From: an uncultured Isosphaeraceae bacterium
GTDB taxonomy: Bacteria > Planctomycetota > Phycisphaerae > Phycisphaerales > SM1A02
Assembly: GCA_964610365.1 (NCBI GenBank)
Contig: CAZSVT010000001.1
Span: 1 to 57,205 of the forward strand
DNA length: 57,205 bases
Reading direction: 5' to 3'
In this document: piece by piece, positions 37,167 through 46,032 of the stretch
Numbering within the stretch: position 1 is the first letter of the stretch
How the letters are laid out: each line of letters opens with the position of its first letter
Position numbers and translations under genes: made by a program
The notes under the pieces: generated by a model
What the model saw: only the letters and a program-made list of their open reading frames with translations
What the model was told of the DNA's origin: nothing
Database searches by the model: none

Positions 37167-38000
37167 GTGGCTGAGCCAACCTGGGAAGCGCAGGCCGCGC
37201 CCGCCAAGAAGGCCGTCCCCGACGGCCTGTGGACGCAGTGCCCCGCGTGCTCGGAGACGATCTTCCGCAAGAGCCTGGAAGCGAATCTCTTCGTCTGCCC
37301 GCGCTGCGAGCACCATCACCGGGTGAGCGGGCGCCAGCGCGTGCAGCAGCTCGTCGATCCGGGCAGCTTCGAACCCATGAACGCCGACATGGCGCCGATG
37401 GATCCGCTGCGCTTCGTGGACCAGAAGTCCTACATGCAGCGCATCGCCGACGCCCAGAAGAAGACCGGCGAGAGCGACGGGGTGCAGACGGGCACCGGCT
37501 TCATCAAGGGCCGCAAGGTGGTCCTCGCCTGCCTCGACTTCACCTTCCTCGGCGGCTCGATGGGCTCGGTGATCGGCGAGAAGATCTCGCGGGCCATCGA
37601 GACGGCCACCGATCATGATCTGCCGCTGGTGATCGTGAGCTGCTCGGGCGGGGCGCGCATGCAGGAGTCCGGCTTCTCGCTGATGCAGATGGCCAAGACC
37701 TCCGCGGCGCTGGCGCGGCTCGACGAGGCCGGCGGGCTCTTCATCTCGGTCCTGGCCGACCCGACCACCGGCGGCGTCACCGCCAGTTTCGCCATGCTCG
37801 GCGACGTGATCCTCGCCGAACCTCGCGCGCTCATCGGATTCGCCGGTCCCCGCGTGATCGCCCAGACCATCCGGCAGGAGCTGCCGGAGGGATTCCAGAC
37901 CTCGGAGTTCCTCATGGAGCGGGGCTTCGTCGACCGGATCGTGCACCGCTCGCGGCTCCGCAGCGAGATCAGCCGCGTCATCGACTACGCCGGCAAGTGA
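37167..38000 (+). CDS. accD: Acetyl-CoA carboxylase carboxyltransferase subunit beta
   Basis: The Zn ribbon is CPACSETIFRKSLEANLFVCPRCEHHHR, followed by LDFTFLGGSMGSV and SGGARMQE. Confidence 0.95.
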   Translation: MAEPTWEAQAAPAKKAVPDGLWTQCPACSETIFRKSLEANLFVCPRCEHHHRVSGRQRVQQLVDPGSFEPMNADMAPMDPLRFVDQKSYMQRIADAQKKTGESDGVQTGTGFIKGRKVVLACLDFTFLGGSMGSVIGEKISRAIETATDHDLPLVIVSCSGGARMQESGFSLMQMAKTSAALARLDEAGGLFISVLADPTTGGVTASFAMLGDVILAEPRALIGFAGPRVIAQTIRQELPEGFQTSEFLMERGFVDRIVHRSRLRSEISRVIDYAGK

Positions 38001-40882
38001 CGCCGACCTCCGCATCACTCCCGCCGGGCGCCGCGACGCCGCTCCCCAGGCTTCTCGGCTTCGCGTGCCTCGCGGGCCTGATCCACGGAGCGCTGGTGAT
38101 CGGCGCGTTCCCTCCGTGGAATCTCTGGCCGCTCTCATTCGTGGCGGCGGCGCCCCTGGCGGCGCTCGCGACGAACCTGGCCCGCTGCCGACGCGGCGCG
38201 GCGCTGCTGGCGCTCCTGGTCCTCTTCCTCTCCATCACTCCCACCTGGCTCTGGATCGAGCGATGGACGGCCCGCGTGAGCGACGCCGGCTGGCCCGCGG
38301 CCGCGCTGTACATGAGCGCCTGGCCCACGGCCTTCGCCTGGATCTCGGCGAGGGTCCTGCGGCAAGCCGCCGCCGGAAGGGAGGCGAACGGCACTGGTGC
38401 GCCCGGCGACGCCGGGGGCGTGGGGCGGGTGCTCGGCCGAGCGGCGCTCGTGGGCATCGTCTACGCCGGCGTCGAGAGCGTCCGGGCCCTGGTCTTCATC
38501 GACGGCTACCCCTGGTACCTGCTCGCCCATCCGCTGATCGAGGCGCCGTGGCTCTCGCAGAGCGCCGAGCTGTGGGGGGTGGCGCCGATCTCGTTCCTCT
38601 GCGCCGTCACCGGCGCGGCGGTGGCCGAGGCCATCACCCTGCGGTCCAGGCCGACGCTCACGGCGCTGGGCGCGATCGCGGGCGCGTGGGCGCTGCTCGC
38701 CGCGGCCGGGGCAGTCCGCGTCTCGAGCCTGCCGATCGATCCCGGACCGCTCGTGGTGGCGATCCAGACCAACATGCCCGTCGACAACCGCGTGGAGCGC
38801 ACCATGCTCCAGCGCGACGGAGACTTCCGCGCAGCGCTGGCCCTGTCGGTGGCCGCGGTCAACGAGCTCGCCGGTCGAGGGGAACGGCCGGTGCTGGTGG
38901 CGTGGCCGGAGTCGGTGCTGCCGGGCGTGGGCCTGGAGACCGATTCGATCAACCTCCAGCGGAGCCGGAATCTCTGGCCCGGCGACCGCTACGTGAACCT
39001 CCTCGACGAATTCGTCAGGGCCTCCGGGGTTCCGATGCTCGTGGGCAGCGGGGCCTTCGAGGGACTCCGGGAGGAAGGCGCCGAGTATCGCTGGCACCGC
39101 TACTACAACGCCGCCTACCTGGTGTCGGGCGAGCGACCCTATCGGCGCTACGACAAGCTCCAGCTCACGCCGTTCGGCGAGACGATGCCCTACATCCGGG
39201 CGTGGAAGGCCCTCGAGTCGGCGCTGATGTCGCTCGGGGCGAGAGGATTCGAATTCCGGCTGAACGAGGGAACGGAGGAGGTCGTATTCCCGCTCCCCGA
39301 CGGAACCACCATGGCCTCTCCCATCTGCTTCGAGGACACGCTGGCGCCGCTCTGCCGCCGGCTGGTGATGGAGCGCGGAGCGAAGGCCGCCGCGCTGCTG
39401 GTCAATCTCGCCAACGATGGCTGGTTCGGCAGCGACGACGCGGGCCGCGAGGCCCATCTCCTCTCGGCGCGATGGCGGACCGTGGAGCTGCGCGTCGGCA
39501 TGGTGCGGGCGGCCAACACCGGCATCAGCGCCGTGATCGACCCGCTCGGCCGCGTGGTCCAGTCGCTCCCGCCGCGCACCGAGGGCTTCACCACCGTGCG
39601 CTGCCCGGTCAGTCCCGTGGTCACGATCTACGCCCGCCTCGGTGAGGTAGGATCGTGGCTGTTCATGGTCTCCACGCTGGCGCTCTTCATCCGCACCTTC
39701 CTCCGGCGCTCGATTCCGCTCGGGGCGACGACGGCGATCGTCGCCGTGGCGCTGCTCCTGGCCGTCGGCTGCGATTCGCAGCCGAAGGGTCGGCGCGTGA
39801 CCACGGAGACGACTCCGAAGAAGCCGCCCGACGCGGCGGTGGCCATGGGGATCACCGGCCCCGCGTCGAAGCAGCCATGGAGCACCAAGGACCTCAGCGT
39901 CGATCCGGATCAGCCGAGCGCCGGCGAGGGTGATCGTGCCGGAAAGCCCGCGGTGCCCGCGATCCCGGTGGTGAGCTCCGGCAATCTCCGGCAGACGGCC
40001 ACGGATCTCCTCGTCACGGCCGCCAAGTCGTCGAATCCGCTCCATGTGGCCAACGCCATCGAGGCGCTGGAGAACGATCCCGCAGCCCTGCGCCAGGTGA
40101 TCCGGCCGGCCCTCGTCAACCCCAACCGCGGCGTCCGCTTCGTCGCCGCCATGGCGGTGGGTCGGCTGAAGATGACCGACATGACCACGCTGGTGCAGCC
40201 GCTGGTGCTCGACCCGAGCCCGTCGGTGCAGGCGGCCGCCATGTTCGCCCTCTCCCGGCTGGACCAGCCGGTGAACCTCAACCCGCTGGCGGAGATGCTG
40301 CGGAGCGACGATCCCGAGGTGCGGGGCAACGCCATCATGGTCTTCGGCGACCTGCACAATCCGACCGCGATTCCGCTGCTGCGGTCCACGCTCGGATCCG
40401 GCATGAGTCGGACCGATCCGCTCCGCCGCAAGATCACCGAGCTCCAGATGGCGGAGACGCTGGTGAAGCTCGGGGACGACGGCGAGCTGGAGCCGCTCCG
40501 CGCCGCCCTCTTCTCGCATCCCGAGCAGGCGGAGATGATCGCGCTGTCCTGCCAGATCCTGGCCCGGGTGAAGGACGGCGGCTCGGCGGGAGCGCTCCGC
40601 ATCCTCGCCTATTCGGAAGGATCCTCGGCGCGGCCGCCGGAGATCCGGCTGCTGGCGTTCATCGCGCTCGCGGCCCTGGGTTCCACGGACCAGGGCGCCG
40701 CCGTGGAGTTCGGGCGCCGATACCTCTCGGATCCCAATCCCCAGCTTCGAGCCCTGGCGGCTCGGGAAGTCGCCGCCTGCGCCGGCTCGAGCGCGCTTCC
40801 GATGCTGGAGCCCAAGCTCTACGACACGGACGCCACGGTCCAGATCGCCGCCGCCGAGGCGATCCTCCGGGTCACCCGCTGA
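37997..40882 (+). CDS. lnt: Apolipoprotein N-acyltransferase fused to a C-terminal HEAT-repeat domain
   Basis: GTG 37997 overlaps the accD stop (GTGA). The N-terminus is multi-TM. The CN-hydrolase domain has LVAWPESVLPG (Glu), YDKLQLTPFGETMPY (Lys) and SPICFEDT (Cys). A TM and the LLLAVGC segment follow. The last ~370 aa carry PBS-lyase/HEAT-like repeats (DPEVRGNAIMVFGDLHNPTAIPLL, DPSPSVQAAAMFALSRL, DPNPQLRALAAREVA). It is a single uninterrupted 961-codon ORF. Confidence 0.8.
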   Translation: MTPTSASLPPGAATPLPRLLGFACLAGLIHGALVIGAFPPWNLWPLSFVAAAPLAALATNLARCRRGAALLALLVLFLSITPTWLWIERWTARVSDAGWPAAALYMSAWPTAFAWISARVLRQAAAGREANGTGAPGDAGGVGRVLGRAALVGIVYAGVESVRALVFIDGYPWYLLAHPLIEAPWLSQSAELWGVAPISFLCAVTGAAVAEAITLRSRPTLTALGAIAGAWALLAAAGAVRVSSLPIDPGPLVVAIQTNMPVDNRVERTMLQRDGDFRAALALSVAAVNELAGRGERPVLVAWPESVLPGVGLETDSINLQRSRNLWPGDRYVNLLDEFVRASGVPMLVGSGAFEGLREEGAEYRWHRYYNAAYLVSGERPYRRYDKLQLTPFGETMPYIRAWKALESALMSLGARGFEFRLNEGTEEVVFPLPDGTTMASPICFEDTLAPLCRRLVMERGAKAAALLVNLANDGWFGSDDAGREAHLLSARWRTVELRVGMVRAANTGISAVIDPLGRVVQSLPPRTEGFTTVRCPVSPVVTIYARLGEVGSWLFMVSTLALFIRTFLRRSIPLGATTAIVAVALLLAVGCDSQPKGRRVTTETTPKKPPDAAVAMGITGPASKQPWSTKDLSVDPDQPSAGEGDRAGKPAVPAIPVVSSGNLRQTATDLLVTAAKSSNPLHVANAIEALENDPAALRQVIRPALVNPNRGVRFVAAMAVGRLKMTDMTTLVQPLVLDPSPSVQAAAMFALSRLDQPVNLNPLAEMLRSDDPEVRGNAIMVFGDLHNPTAIPLLRSTLGSGMSRTDPLRRKITELQMAETLVKLGDDGELEPLRAALFSHPEQAEMIALSCQILARVKDGGSAGALRILAYSEGSSARPPEIRLLAFIALAALGSTDQGAAVEFGRRYLSDPNPQLRALAAREVAACAGSSALPMLEPKLYDTDATVQIAAAEAILRVTR

Positions 40883-40947
40883 GCCGAAGGGCGGCGCCTC
40901 GGAGGTCGCGGAACCTTGCGTCGGCCCGCGCCGACCCCGGCCGCTCG

Positions 40948-40977
40948 TTGACAGGGGGCGCGGCGGGCAGGTACAAC
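40948..40977 (+). promoter_or_regulatory. Candidate sigma70-type promoter upstream of the coiled-coil/mreBCD gene set
   Basis: TTGACA (40948-40953) is followed by an 18-nt spacer and TACAAC (40972-40977). It lies in the 180-nt gap after lnt and ~85 nt upstream of GTG 41064. Confidence 0.3.
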
Positions 40978-41063
40978 GACCCCTCGCGAACGGGACGATC
41001 CGAGCGGCGCCACGATGGATGGCGACCGCCCCACGGATCCATCGGAGCGCGCGAGGTCCATCC

Positions 41064-41972
41064 GTGCACATCCTGACCAAGATCTTCATCGTGATCGTGG
41101 CCGTCCTCACCGTGGCGCTGGTTCCCCTCGTCATGGTCAATGCCGCCAACGAGCGAACCTTCAAGACGCGCTGGGAGGACGAGAAGGTGCGCGCCGCCGA
41201 GGCCATCCTCAGCCGCAATCTCGCCCAGGCGGCGCAGGCGCAGGCCCAGGCGCAGTACGAGGCGATCAACTCGCAGCTCGCGTCGGAGCGCCAGGTGCTC
41301 CGCACCAAGCTGGACGACCAGGAGGCCACCGCACGCAAGCTGGAGGCCGAAGCGGTGGGGCTGCGGGCGCGCCAGGACGACTTCAACGCGATCATGAAGA
41401 CCTACGCGGAGAACGACAAGGCCAAGACCGAGCTCGTCCGCGTGCTCAACGAGGAGATCGTGGCCAGCCGCGCCCGGCTCACGCAGCTGGAGCAGGAGTT
41501 CGTGAAGCTCGACGAGGAACTGACCGCCACCCGGCAGAAGCTGGAAGTGGCGGACGCGGCGCGCCGCGCCCTGCAGGAGGACGTGCAGCGCCTGCAGGAG
41601 GAGAAGGACCAGGCGATGTCCAAGGTGGCGCGCTATACCGCGTGGGTGGGTGAACTGCCCGGCGGCGGATCGCAGGCCACCGCGATGATCGGCGACAGCA
41701 CCCGCGTGCCGGCCGATCGTTCGCTCACCGCCACCATCATCAATGTCCGTCGCGGCACCGATTCGGTGCTGGCGGAGATCAACGCGGGCAGCCGTGACGG
41801 CGTCCAGAACGGCTGGGTCATGACGATCGCCGACGGCGGCAAGTTCATGGGCAACCTGCGCATCACGAACGTCGACGTGACGCGCTCCACCGGCGTGGTG
41901 GAGCTGGAGGACGCCCAGGCGCGCGGCGAGGTCCGCACGGGTCAGAAGGCCGTCGCCCGCAAGGGCGAGTGA
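41064..41972 (+). CDS. Membrane-anchored coiled-coil protein with a C-terminal beta-rich domain (unknown function)
   Basis: GTG 41064 gives (M)HILTKIFIVIVAVLTVALVPLVMV (TM). About 190 aa of heptad-like coiled coil follow (..LEAEAVGLRARQDDF..LTQLEQEFVKLDEELTATRQKLE..). The tail contains VLAEINAGSRDGVQNGWVMTIADGGKFMGNLRITNVD. Confidence 0.5.
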   Translation: MHILTKIFIVIVAVLTVALVPLVMVNAANERTFKTRWEDEKVRAAEAILSRNLAQAAQAQAQAQYEAINSQLASERQVLRTKLDDQEATARKLEAEAVGLRARQDDFNAIMKTYAENDKAKTELVRVLNEEIVASRARLTQLEQEFVKLDEELTATRQKLEVADAARRALQEDVQRLQEEKDQAMSKVARYTAWVGELPGGGSQATAMIGDSTRVPADRSLTATIINVRRGTDSVLAEINAGSRDGVQNGWVMTIADGGKFMGNLRITNVDVTRSTGVVELEDAQARGEVRTGQKAVARKGE

Positions 41973-42193
41973 GCGGCCGGCAAGGTCAGCCATCCACTTC
42001 CCGCGGTGCATCCATGACACAACTTCCCACTCCGATCGCGCGGACCGGCAGTCGACCCGACGTCTACTCGGCGCTCCTCGTGGTCGCGGCCGCGGTGCTG
42101 CTCGTCGGCATCGTCTTCATCGCCCTGCGGAACATGGACCAGACCACCGCGGGCGGTCAGACCGGCGGTCCCTTCACCTACCTCGAGCGCTGA
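41969..42193 (+). CDS. Small single-TM protein (hypothetical)
   Basis: GTG 41969 overlaps the upstream TGA (GTGA). ATG 42014 (MTQLPTPIART..) is an alternative start. There is one TM (VYSALLVVAAAVLLVGIVFIAL). No similarity was recognised. Confidence 0.35.
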   Translation: MSGRQGQPSTSRGASMTQLPTPIARTGSRPDVYSALLVVAAAVLLVGIVFIALRNMDQTTAGGQTGGPFTYLER

Positions 42194-42236
42194 GGGCCGG
42201 TCGCGGCGCCGGACGCGCCGCACGGAGGCGACCGCG

Positions 42237-43289
42237 GTGAATTTCGACTCCTTCCTCGGCCTCTTCGGCGTCGACATGGGCATCGACCTGGGGACCTGCA
42301 ACACGCTGGTGTGCGTGCGCGGCGAGGGCATCGTGCTCAACGAGCCGTCCGTGGTCGCGGTGCGCAAGGGCACGAACAAGGTCATCAACAACGGCACCGC
42401 GGTGGGCCTGGCGGCGAAGGAGATGCTCGGCAAGACGCCGGGGTCGATCAGCGCCATCCGTCCGCTCAAGGACGGCGTGATCAGCGACTTCGAGATCACC
42501 GAGGCGATGCTCAGCTACTTCATCCGCAAGGTGAACGGCAAGAGCCGCTTCGTGCGGCCGCGCGTGGTCATCGCCGTGCCGAGCGGCATCACGGCGGTGG
42601 AGAAGCGGGCGGTGCTCGACTCGGCGGAGCGCGCCGGGGCGCGGCGGGTCTACCTGGTGGAGGAGCCCATGGCGGCGGCCATCGGCGCCGGACTTCCCTT
42701 CGCGGAGCCGACGGCCAGCATGATCGTGGACATCGGCGGCGGAACCACGGAAGTGGCGATCATGAGCCTCGCCGACATCGCCACCTGCGAGAGCGTCCGC
42801 GTGGCCGGCGACGACCTGGACGAGGCCATCATCGGCCACATGAAGAAGCACTACTCGCTCACCATCGGCGAGCAGACGGCGGAGAAGATCAAGATCGAGA
42901 TCGGTTCCGCGGCGCCGGTCACCGAGACGCTCACCATGGAGGTGCGCGGCCGGGACATGGTCACGGGGCTGCCGCGCAAGACCGTGGTGACCAGCGACGA
43001 GATCCGCGAGGCCCTCTCGGAGCCCGTGCGGTCGATCACCGAGGCCGTGCTGCGCACGCTGGAGCGGGCGGAGCCGGAACTGGCGGCCGACCTGGTCAAC
43101 AACGGCATCGTGCTCGCCGGCGGCGGCGCCCTGCTCCGCGGGATGGACGTGGTGCTCTCCAACGCCACGGGCCTGGAGGTGAAGATCGCCGACGATCCGC
43201 TCACCTGCGTGGCGCGGGGCACGGCCATCTACCTGGAGAACCTGGAACTCTGGAAGGTGACGATGGAGTCCGACGCGGACGGCGTCTAG
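42237..43289 (+). CDS. mreB: Rod shape-determining protein MreB
   Basis: Supporting segments are GIDLGTCNTLVCVRGEGIVLNEPSVVAV, IAVPSGITAVEKRAV, VDIGGGTTEVAI and VLAGGGALLRGMD. Confidence 0.96.
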   Translation: MNFDSFLGLFGVDMGIDLGTCNTLVCVRGEGIVLNEPSVVAVRKGTNKVINNGTAVGLAAKEMLGKTPGSISAIRPLKDGVISDFEITEAMLSYFIRKVNGKSRFVRPRVVIAVPSGITAVEKRAVLDSAERAGARRVYLVEEPMAAAIGAGLPFAEPTASMIVDIGGGTTEVAIMSLADIATCESVRVAGDDLDEAIIGHMKKHYSLTIGEQTAEKIKIEIGSAAPVTETLTMEVRGRDMVTGLPRKTVVTSDEIREALSEPVRSITEAVLRTLERAEPELAADLVNNGIVLAGGGALLRGMDVVLSNATGLEVKIADDPLTCVARGTAIYLENLELWKVTMESDADGV

Positions 43290-43362
43290 GCGCCGCGCGC
43301 TCCACGGAGGTGCCGTCATCGTCCGGGATCCGACCCACCGCCGCGCGAAGATCCTGGTCACG

Positions 43363-44172
43363 GTGGTGCTGGCGGCGCTCTCGCTCATGCCGCCCACCTG
43401 GCTGGTGCCGTGGAGCGCCGACCTGGCCGCCGTGGCGTGGTTCCCGCTTCGACCGCTGGAGCGGGCCCTCGCCGGCGTGCGGCACCTGCTCCGACGATCG
43501 GTGGAGGTGGATCCGGCCCTGGACGAGCGCGCGGCGAGGCTGACCGACGAGCGCGACCGCTACCGCGGGCTCTGGTTCGCGGAGCAGTTCCGGGCCCGGG
43601 AGCTCTCGACGCGGCTCGAGGCGGTCGAGGGCGTCACCCGGTCGAGTCGAGCCCTCTCGCGGCCCGTCTCGGCGCAGGTCCTCGGGCGCGCGCCGGTGCC
43701 GGGCTCGGGCGTGCTGGTGATCGACGCGGGCGCCGATGCCGGCGTGCGGAACGGCGATCCGGTCGTGGTTCGCGGCGACCTGCTCGTGGGCCGGGTGATG
43801 GGCGACCCCGCGGCGTCCCGCGCCCACGTGGCGGTGCTCGTGCATCCGTCGAACCCGCGGATGGACGCCCTGGTGGTCCCGGCCGAGCGCGAGGGCGGCG
43901 CCGCCGGAGCGCTCGTGCCGATCCAGCTGGTGCCCCGTGAAGGCCGGCGGCTGGAGGGCGAGGTCGCGGTGGGATCCGGGGTCTCCGAAGGCGACGAGGT
44001 GCGGCTGGCCGATCCGGCGTGGAAGCCGTCGGCGCAGGGGCTGCGGCTCGGCACGGTTCGCTCCCTCAAGCCGCACGACCGCAATCCGCTCCGGCTCCGC
44101 GTCGAGATCGCCGCCGACCTGGAGATGGAGCGCGTGGGCCTGGTGGTGGTGAAGTGCGAGGCGGCGCCATGA
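43363..44172 (+). CDS. mreC: Rod shape-determining protein MreC
   Basis: Its position is directly after mreB. It has an N-terminal hydrophobic segment, a short coiled coil (RDRYRGLWFAEQFRARELSTRLEAVEG) and beta domains (VIDAGADAGVRNGDPVVVRGDLLVGRV ; GSGVSEGDEVRLAD..QGLRLGTV). The start is uncertain: GTG 43363 is the first canonical start in the frame. Confidence 0.7.
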   Translation: MVLAALSLMPPTWLVPWSADLAAVAWFPLRPLERALAGVRHLLRRSVEVDPALDERAARLTDERDRYRGLWFAEQFRARELSTRLEAVEGVTRSSRALSRPVSAQVLGRAPVPGSGVLVIDAGADAGVRNGDPVVVRGDLLVGRVMGDPAASRAHVAVLVHPSNPRMDALVVPAEREGGAAGALVPIQLVPREGRRLEGEVAVGSGVSEGDEVRLADPAWKPSAQGLRLGTVRSLKPHDRNPLRLRVEIAADLEMERVGLVVVKCEAAP

Positions 44173-44741
44173 GGTGGGCGGCCTTCCTGGTGGCGGTGGC
44201 CGTGGCCCTCGCGGTCGACGCGGCGCTGATGCCCGCGTTCGAGCTGGGAGGCGCGGTGCCGTCCACGCTCGCGATCCTCGTGGCCTTCGTCACGCTGCTC
44301 GGTTCGCGCACCGCGGCGTGGTTCGGCGCCGTGGTGGCCGGCATCGCCCTCGACCTCTCGACGCCGATCCCGTGGGGCGGCGGCGAGCTGGTGGTGATCG
44401 GTCCGTGGGCCCTCGGCTTCGCGTTCGGATCGGGGCTGCTGCTCTCGCTCCGCGCATCGCTGGTGCGGAGGAACATCCTGACCATGGCGCTCTCGGTCTT
44501 CCTGCTGCTGATGTCGGCGTCGCTGGCGTGGTGCGCCGTCTGGTCGGCGCGGGCGTGGCTGCCGGAGTCGCTGCCGCCGTGGGGCGCGGGGTCCGTCTTC
44601 GGGGCCTTCGGCCAGCGCTTCCGATGGGCGCTCTGGTCGAGCGCCTTCGCGGTGCCGGTGGGATGGGCGCTCTTCCGCACGCTGCCGCTCTGGTCGTTCC
44701 CGGGCTTCTCGGCGCGTCGAACCATGATCACGCCCCGTTGA
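44169..44741 (+). CDS. mreD: Rod shape-determining protein MreD-like membrane protein
   Basis: ATG 44169 overlaps the mreC TGA (ATGA). It is a 190 aa polytopic membrane protein (MRWAAFLVAVAVALAVDAALMP..). The call rests on position and size. Confidence 0.6.
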   Translation: MRWAAFLVAVAVALAVDAALMPAFELGGAVPSTLAILVAFVTLLGSRTAAWFGAVVAGIALDLSTPIPWGGGELVVIGPWALGFAFGSGLLLSLRASLVRRNILTMALSVFLLLMSASLAWCAVWSARAWLPESLPPWGAGSVFGAFGQRFRWALWSSAFAVPVGWALFRTLPLWSFPGFSARRTMITPR

Positions 44742-44754
44742 TAGAGTGCCTTGC

Positions 44755-46020
44755 ATGGGCCTGCGCCTGCCGCCGGTGATCCTCTTCGACGACGGCCTGG
44801 GGCGCTTCGGTCCGCTCACGGATCTGCGCGCGTCGTTCGAACTGCGGACCGGGGCCCTGACGATGGCGGAGCGCTGGCCGGGGGCGGCGGCGCTCTGGGC
44901 CCGACCGGAGCATCGGGCGCTCGTCGCGTCGCGGCACGCGGCGCCGGTGAACGCGTTCCCGAAGGACGGCGACGAGTTCGCGCTGCTCAACGGTCGGCTC
45001 GCCGACCCCGCGCTCGACGGCTGCGCCGCGATCGCCGAGGGTCCTCCGACCGTGGTGGTCGAGGCGAGGAGCGGGCATGTCGTGGCGGCACGGCTGTCGA
45101 GAGCCGCCGCGATGCGGTTCCTGGAGTCGGGTGAGCCGCCGCCGGGCGTGCGGCGCGTGGAGGCCGAGGGCATGCAGCTCCTCGCCCGCCCCTGGGAGAT
45201 CCTGGACCCGGCGTCGCATGCGCGGCGCATCGAGCTGGACATCCGCGAGCGATCCGGGTCGCTGAAGCCGATCTCGAGCCGCGCGGGAGTCACGGTCATC
45301 GGATCCCAGGGAGCCTCGGCGCACCCCGACGCCAAGATCCTCCCGGGCGTGATCCTGGACGCGGAGCTCGGGCCGGTGGCCATCGACGCCGGAGCGGTCA
45401 TCCGGCCGGGCGCGGTCCTGGTCGGTCCGTGCTTCGTGGGGGCGGGCACGATCGTCGCCGAGCGGGCGCTCCTCAAGGCCCGCACGGTGTTCGGCCCGCA
45501 GTGCCGCGCGGCCGGCGAAGTCGGCTCGTCGGTCTTCCAAGGGTTCTCGAACAAGGCCCACGACGGTCATCTGGGCGACTCGCTGGTCGGGGAATGGGTG
45601 AACCTCGGCGCGGGCACCACGAACTCCAACCTGCTCAACACCTACGGCGAGGTGACGCTGCGGCTGGAGTCGGACGCCCCGATCGAGCGCACCGGACGAC
45701 AGTTCGTCGGCGCCATCATCGGCGATCACGTGAAGACCGCGATCCTCACCAGGCTCACCACCGGCTGCGTCCTCGGCACCGGCTCGATGATCGCCGTGAG
45801 CGCGTTCGCGCCGGCGCTCGTGGAGCGCTTCTCGTGGCTCACCGACGAGGGCTGCCGGCTCTACCGGTGCGACAAGTTCCTGGAGGTGGCCCGCGCCGCC
45901 TGGTCGCGCCGCGGCGTGACGCCGGGCGAGGCGATGATCGACTCGCTCCGGGCCCTGCACGCCCGCGCGGCGGCGCGGCACTCGGAGAAGGGCGGCGCCG
46001 GCGGCGCCGCGCGCGGGTGA
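44755..46020 (+). CDS. Putative sugar nucleotidyltransferase with a left-handed beta-helix (GlmU-like, alternative type)
   Basis: The N-terminus LPPVILFDDGLGRFGPLTDLRASFELRTGALT is followed by hexapeptide-repeat stretches (VAIDAGAVIRPGAVLVGPCFVGAGTIV..; GDSLVGEWVNLGAGTTNSNL; IIGDHVKTAILTRLTTGCVLGTGSMI). Confidence 0.6.
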   Translation: MGLRLPPVILFDDGLGRFGPLTDLRASFELRTGALTMAERWPGAAALWARPEHRALVASRHAAPVNAFPKDGDEFALLNGRLADPALDGCAAIAEGPPTVVVEARSGHVVAARLSRAAAMRFLESGEPPPGVRRVEAEGMQLLARPWEILDPASHARRIELDIRERSGSLKPISSRAGVTVIGSQGASAHPDAKILPGVILDAELGPVAIDAGAVIRPGAVLVGPCFVGAGTIVAERALLKARTVFGPQCRAAGEVGSSVFQGFSNKAHDGHLGDSLVGEWVNLGAGTTNSNLLNTYGEVTLRLESDAPIERTGRQFVGAIIGDHVKTAILTRLTTGCVLGTGSMIAVSAFAPALVERFSWLTDEGCRLYRCDKFLEVARAAWSRRGVTPGEAMIDSLRALHARAAARHSEKGGAGGAARG

Positions 46021-46032
46021 CGCGCCGCTCCG

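Noticed and set aside
43306-43362. A possible upstream non-canonical start for mreC. GGAGG at 43306-43310 is followed by in-frame ATC/GTC codons encoding ..RRAKILVTV...
   Set aside because: There is no ATG, GTG or TTG in frame before 43363. A non-canonical start cannot be supported from sequence alone, so it is noted only as a start-site uncertainty.
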